DNA from: an uncultured Candidatus Bathyarchaeia archaeon
GTDB lineage: Archaea; Thermoproteota; Bathyarchaeia; 40CM-2-53-6
DNA: 64,000 nucleotides
Direction: 5' to 3'
NCBI GenBank assembly: GCA_964649235.1
Contig: CAZYOZ010000001.1
Span: 9,102-73,101 of the forward strand
In this document: one piece after another, positions 59,894 through 64,000 of the stretch
How the letters are laid out: every line of letters begins with the position of its first letter
Numbering within the stretch: position 1 is the first letter of the stretch
The notes under the pieces: model-generated
The model's input: only the letters and a program-made list of their open reading frames with translations
Told to the model about the DNA's origin: nothing
Database searches by the model: none
Position numbers and translations under genes: made by a program

Positions 59894-61419
59894 CCTGTTA
59901 GGGCGAACTGGGCGTCGGAACTGGCGAGGAAGACTCCGCCTTGGGAGATGAGCTTGTCAGAGACGAGTGCGTTGGCTATGTACAGCCCGGTTGAAGCGCC
60001 TACGGCGGGGGTGAACCCGAAGGCGACTCTGATGGTCTGTCCCGTGTTCAGTGTTGAGATTTGAAGCAAGATTGAAATTGGCGTACCGTTGGGGTCCCGG
60101 ACCTGAACCCAGATCACGCCTTGGAATGGTGCTCCGCTGTTCTGAACTACCACCCATATGAAGACCATCTGCCCCCTTGAGAATACGGCTGAACGTGTCC
60201 CCGAACTGTCCGCGGCGTAGACATCGTTAATGACGACGCTTGGCGTTTGCGATGTTCCAACAACAAAGGTCGTGTGTGTAGTTGCGGTGTTGAATCCCGC
60301 TTTGCTGGCTGTGGCGAAGCCTGTGTAGGTTCCTACCGTTGCGTTCGCTGGGAGTTTGAAGTTGACGTGGAATATGCCAGCCCCATCAGTCCTCAGGTCC
60401 GTGACGAAGACGATTTCTGCACCTGCGGGTCCGTCAACCTGAACAGAGACGCTGGCGTCCGCGACTGAACCTCCCCTGTGGTCAGTTACGTGGCCTTGTA
60501 GGTTAACAGTGGAGTTTGCTTGGTATTGGGATTTGCTCGCTAGGAGGGTCACGGAAAGGCTGGTTCCAACTGAGACTGTGAACGTGCTGCTGGTCTGGGT
60601 GGTCGTTACCGTCGACGACTGTTCTACCTCGAGTCCCAGTTGGTAGGTGAACTCCTGGCCATTCACGAGTGCAAGTACTATGATCCCGTACGTCTGCGCA
60701 GGGGTGTTTACGGATGTGACGACAGTGAGAGTGGAATGGAATTCAGGGCTGGCTAATCCCATGTCAGGCGTGAATATAGCGACGCTACTGTCTGGAACGC
60801 CTCTCGCAGCCAGCAATACAGATGCCGATGCACCGGTGTATTGCTTTATCAGGATGTTGAATTTGGCAAACTTGCCGGCCTCAATCGATCTGAATGCCGG
60901 GTCGATTTGAAACTCAATTTGCTGGGTGCCGCCTGCTGTGGCCGTTACTTGTGTAGTTGAAGTAGTCGAGCTTGTAGTTGAAAGCTGGCCGGTTATTCCT
61001 ATGGTGAATGTTACATCTGCACTCACAAATTGTGCAGCATCTTCCCGTGTTAACGAGAAATGACCGAAGTAGGTATTCGAACCCAGAGTCGTTTCGAAGT
61101 GTCCATCGCCACTCGCGTCAGTTGAGAACGTACCCAGTTGTAAGCCTGAAATGGCGGTAACAAAAACAACCGCGTAGAGTGCGCTAACCGTGGCCCCCTT
61201 CAAATCCAACTCTAATTGGCCTGTTTGGAGGTTGATCTGAAGGGATGCCTTGGCGGACGAAGGCTCGGTGCTGGTCGAAGCTGGCGTAAGCTGAACGGAT
61301 AGGTTACTATCAGCCGACACAAAACCTGCTAGGCCTCCCGATGTTTGTGCTGCCGACAGTGCTGAGATTAGGCATAGTGCAAGGGCAAGTACGGTTTGTC
61401 CCCGCTGAGAGAACCGCAA
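59890..61419 (-). CDS. Secreted Ser/Thr-rich multi-Ig-like domain protein
   Basis: Signal-like helix after TTG 61419, several beta-rich domains separated by Thr linkers, shares VSVQVD.P.G. Confidence 0.75.
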   Translation of the reverse strand: MRFSQRGQTVLALALCLISALSAAQTSGGLAGFVSADSNLSVQLTPASTSTEPSSAKASLQINLQTGQLELDLKGATVSALYAVVFVTAISGLQLGTFSTDASGDGHFETTLGSNTYFGHFSLTREDAAQFVSADVTFTIGITGQLSTTSSTTSTTQVTATAGGTQQIEFQIDPAFRSIEAGKFAKFNILIKQYTGASASVLLAARGVPDSSVAIFTPDMGLASPEFHSTLTVVTSVNTPAQTYGIIVLALVNGQEFTYQLGLEVEQSSTVTTTQTSSTFTVSVGTSLSVTLLASKSQYQANSTVNLQGHVTDHRGGSVADASVSVQVDGPAGAEIVFVTDLRTDGAGIFHVNFKLPANATVGTYTGFATASKAGFNTATTHTTFVVGTSQTPSVVINDVYAADSSGTRSAVFSRGQMVFIWVVVQNSGAPFQGVIWVQVRDPNGTPISILLQISTLNTGQTIRVAFGFTPAVGASTGLYIANALVSDKLISQGGVFLASSDAQFALTG

Positions 61420-61472
61420 ATAGGTTTCTTCCTCGCCAGTAGGCTGTTTAGTTGCCGGTGAGCGTATATAAG

Positions 61473-61500
61473 TGTTGTTATGTGCCACATATCTACAACA
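61473..61500. promoter_or_regulatory. Inverted repeat in divergent promoter region
   Basis: TGTTGT-TATGTG-C-CACATA-tct-ACAACA next to TATATAA. Confidence 0.45.
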
Positions 61501-61578
61501 ATTCTAGAGTCTATGTGTAGCACTTACAAACTTTCATATAGGTTACCTGTCCAACCCTTGGCCTGATGTGGAATTCCT

Positions 61579-61953
61579 GTGAGCTCGCGAGGGACAGAAT
61601 CTATCCTCGTCGACCTGCTTCGAAAGCTGAATAGAAACGTCGAGAACATGTCGAAAAAACTAGACCGGCTAATAGAGATTCAACGCTCAGGTAGCGGCCA
61701 GATGGTTCGGCCGGGCGTGGCCATGCCTGAAAATCTCCCGCTTGATGTCACGACGCTTCTCTCCTTGCCCGACCATCTTAGGAAGTCAGCGCTTGCCCTC
61801 GCCTCGCTCAGTGAAGCCACGGCAACTGACCTTTCGAAAGAAACTGGACGCGTGAGGGCCGTTGAGAGCGACTACTTGAATCAGCTTGTGTCCATGGGTT
61901 TAGTCAAGAAAAAGAGGAAGGGGAGAGACGTTTACTTCTACATTGAAACCTAG
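61579..61953 (+). CDS. Winged-HTH DNA-binding protein with N-terminal coiled coil
   Basis: LLSLPDHLRK, ATATDLSKETGRVRAVESDYLNQLV.MG, RKGR.VYF. Confidence 0.8.
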   Translation: MSSRGTESILVDLLRKLNRNVENMSKKLDRLIEIQRSGSGQMVRPGVAMPENLPLDVTTLLSLPDHLRKSALALASLSEATATDLSKETGRVRAVESDYLNQLVSMGLVKKKRKGRDVYFYIET

Positions 61954-61965
61954 GGGGCTTAGACA

Positions 61966-62739
61966 ATGAGTAGGACCATGGCATTCCATTCATACAAAGG
62001 TGGAACCGGAAAGACTTCGATCGTGGTCAATCTTGGCGCCCTGTTTGCAAAGCAGGGCGCGAACGTTTGCCTTCTCGATTATGACTTCAGGGCACCAAGT
62101 CTGAACGTGCTCTTCAAGGCAAAGCCCGAGTATTGGATTAACGACTACCTCGAAGACAAATGCGGCATCCTCGAGACGCTTGTCGACGAGTCGCAGCGAC
62201 TGAAGTTGCCTGGGAAGCTTTGGGTTGGCTTCTCAAACCCGTCGTTAGCGGCGCTGAAGGAGATCATGGGCAAAGACCGGCGGTGGGAGGTGAAGGCACT
62301 CACGAAGACGCTTTCCGCAAAGAAGGAAATCATTGAGCAGAAAAGGGTTGACTATTTGCTATTTGACACAAGCCCCGGTGCTCAATATTCATCGATAAAT
62401 GCACTGGCAGGTGCAGACGTAGTTTCTCTAGTGATGAAGGCTGACGAATTCGACTTGGAGGGAACAAAGGAACTCTCCAAGGGAGTCTACGAAGCGCTGG
62501 GGAGAAAATCCGGAGTCGTTCTCAATAAGATTCCCTTGGAACAGATCGCAGCTGCAGGCGGTAAGGAAAAGTTCGGAAAACAGATTGAAACTGATGTCGG
62601 GCTTCCGCTGGTTGGGATCATTCCATGCATGTGCGAACTCATGGCCTACGGCGGAAAGACCATCTACACGCTGGAAAAACCTGACCACACTTTCGCGAAG
62701 TCTATAGTCGAAATCTCGGACTCTCTGAAGAGGATGTAG
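61966..62739 (+). CDS. MinD/ParA family ATPase
   Basis: Deviant Walker A KGGTGKT, DYD, DTSPG, LNKI. Confidence 0.9.
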   Translation: MSRTMAFHSYKGGTGKTSIVVNLGALFAKQGANVCLLDYDFRAPSLNVLFKAKPEYWINDYLEDKCGILETLVDESQRLKLPGKLWVGFSNPSLAALKEIMGKDRRWEVKALTKTLSAKKEIIEQKRVDYLLFDTSPGAQYSSINALAGADVVSLVMKADEFDLEGTKELSKGVYEALGRKSGVVLNKIPLEQIAAAGGKEKFGKQIETDVGLPLVGIIPCMCELMAYGGKTIYTLEKPDHTFAKSIVEISDSLKRM

Positions 62740-62740
62740 C

Positions 62741-63718
62741 TCACTTCGATTTCTCGAGCCGCTTCTCATACTCCTTTTTCAAGCGCTGGTAGGTGTCTTC
62801 GTCTACCTTGCCCATGGCCCGTAGTTCCTCAAGCCGCGCGATGACCCGCGCCGTGGCCACATAACCTGTGTCAGCCTTTGCTTGCGCAAGCAACTCCTCC
62901 AATGCCGCTTCCCTCCGCTTCCGCCTACTCCGCGCCCGGACGGCGAACCCTACCACACCCACAGCGAGAACAAACCCTAGGCCACCAAACATGAGGCTAT
63001 AGTCGGCTTGGACAGGGCTTTGGGTCACAATCAGCTGAAAGGACGCCCGGTGGCTCAACGAGCCAGAGATAGCGAGGAGCGTAACTGTGTAGTTGCCCGG
63101 CGCAACTGAAGCCGGAATCGTCACACTCAGGGTTGATGTTCCGCTGGGCACAACGGAAACAGGATTGAATTGCAGGGTGATCTCCGATGGTTTTTCTAGT
63201 GTCGTGAGGTTGACGGCTTGGTTGAAGCCTCGAAGCGAAAGAACAGTAACGGTCAGGGACCCGGTCTGACCTTGTTGCAGCACGATTGTCGTAGGGGAGG
63301 CTTCGACTGAGAAGTCAGGCGTTGAGTACGTGAAGTTGAGTGTGGTGCGTGCTGTATCGTATCCGGGCTTGTCTGCAACAATGAAGGCAGTGTAGTTACC
63401 ACCCGGGGAATCGCTGGCAATCAGAAATGTGTCCTGAAATGCTCCACGAGGGTTCGAGTAGGCGATGGCTACACGTATGGTCGTTCCCAATGGGTCATTG
63501 ATTTGGATCGAAATAACCGCGTTCGGTATCGATGCGTTGTTCGACTCGAAAACTCTGCCCGATATAAGAACTGAGACTCCAAGCTCAGTTTGTGTGAGGT
63601 TGAAGGATGCCTGCATGAGCATTATCTTCGCTGCGGAAACTGGGCCTGCAGAGGCGATGGCTAAGAGCAGAAGCACCAGGACGAGAAGAAGGCGGCTCGT
63701 CTGCACACGCAAAGCCAT
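62741..63718 (-). CDS. Surface protein: two Ig-like domains, TM, SHOCT-like C-terminus
   Basis: Signal peptide, ISIQINDP.G, DFSVEASP...V, TM then RRKRR, LEELRAMGKVDEDTY..LK. Confidence 0.78.
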   Translation of the reverse strand: MALRVQTSRLLLVLVLLLLAIASAGPVSAAKIMLMQASFNLTQTELGVSVLISGRVFESNNASIPNAVISIQINDPLGTTIRVAIAYSNPRGAFQDTFLIASDSPGGNYTAFIVADKPGYDTARTTLNFTYSTPDFSVEASPTTIVLQQGQTGSLTVTVLSLRGFNQAVNLTTLEKPSEITLQFNPVSVVPSGTSTLSVTIPASVAPGNYTVTLLAISGSLSHRASFQLIVTQSPVQADYSLMFGGLGFVLAVGVVGFAVRARSRRKRREAALEELLAQAKADTGYVATARVIARLEELRAMGKVDEDTYQRLKKEYEKRLEKSK

Positions 63719-63803
63719 TAGCCTCAGAACTCATAGCGGGGCACTCAAGCTATTGTACCTTGCTTCCAGTTGAGATGCAAATGTCGGTGACGGTGTCAGG
63801 ACA

Positions 63804-64000
63804 TTGACTCTGCTTTTCATTCACGGAGCCGGAGGCAACCGAATGACTTGGCATATTCAACTTTCATGCTTCGAGGGCGCACTCGCGATAGACCTGCCCG
63901 GGCATCCCGAAGGGTCTGGCTTCAGCACGATCGAGGAGTATGCAGATTCAGTGGATGAATACATCAAGAAGAACCACATCGAAAGCCCAGTTCTTGTAGG
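63804..64000 (+). CDS. Alpha/beta hydrolase (3' truncated)
   Basis: TTG start; LLFIHGAGG...W...AIDLPGH...PVLVG. Confidence 0.85.
   Translation, partial: MTLLFIHGAGGNRMTWHIQLSCFEGALAIDLPGHPEGSGFSTIEEYADSVDEYIKKNHIESPVLV

Noticed and set aside
1..64000. CRISPR arrays, transposases, integrases, inteins
   Set aside because: No periodic repeats or recombinase motifs seen; RpoA, RpoB and SufB have normal lengths

Overview
Archaeal chromosomal segment, most consistent with a Bathyarchaeia-like TACK lineage (inferred from unsplit rpoB, fused rpoA'A'', a CFI-box-CTERM protein, a membrane KaiC-like fusion and an HTH-MinD pair). It is densely coding: amino-acid and central metabolism (aspC-pckA, hom, carAB, ilvE, pheA, guaB), NRAMP/MgtE metal transport, an ArsR-DsrE-TusA-SQR-OsmC sulfide operon, rpoH-B-A-rpl30e-nusA with rps12 displaced by about 23 kb, SUF Fe-S genes in two blocks, nuoBCDI without membrane subunits, SOD and two peroxiredoxins, and a cluster of Ig-like surface proteins. 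I found no rRNA, tRNA, CRISPR array or mobile element. The best candidate for a new system is a putative Fe-S (SUF) regulon. The same near-palindrome ATGAC-N4-GTTAT sits at the TATA boxes of sufS, sufB, sufC and a Cys-rich HTH regulator gene (54182-54565). Other notable items are tandem SqrR-type ATTC-N8-GAAT boxes, near-cognate start codons in carA/carB, an AbfD homologue with substituted catalytic residues, and several micro-ORFs missed by the ORF track.
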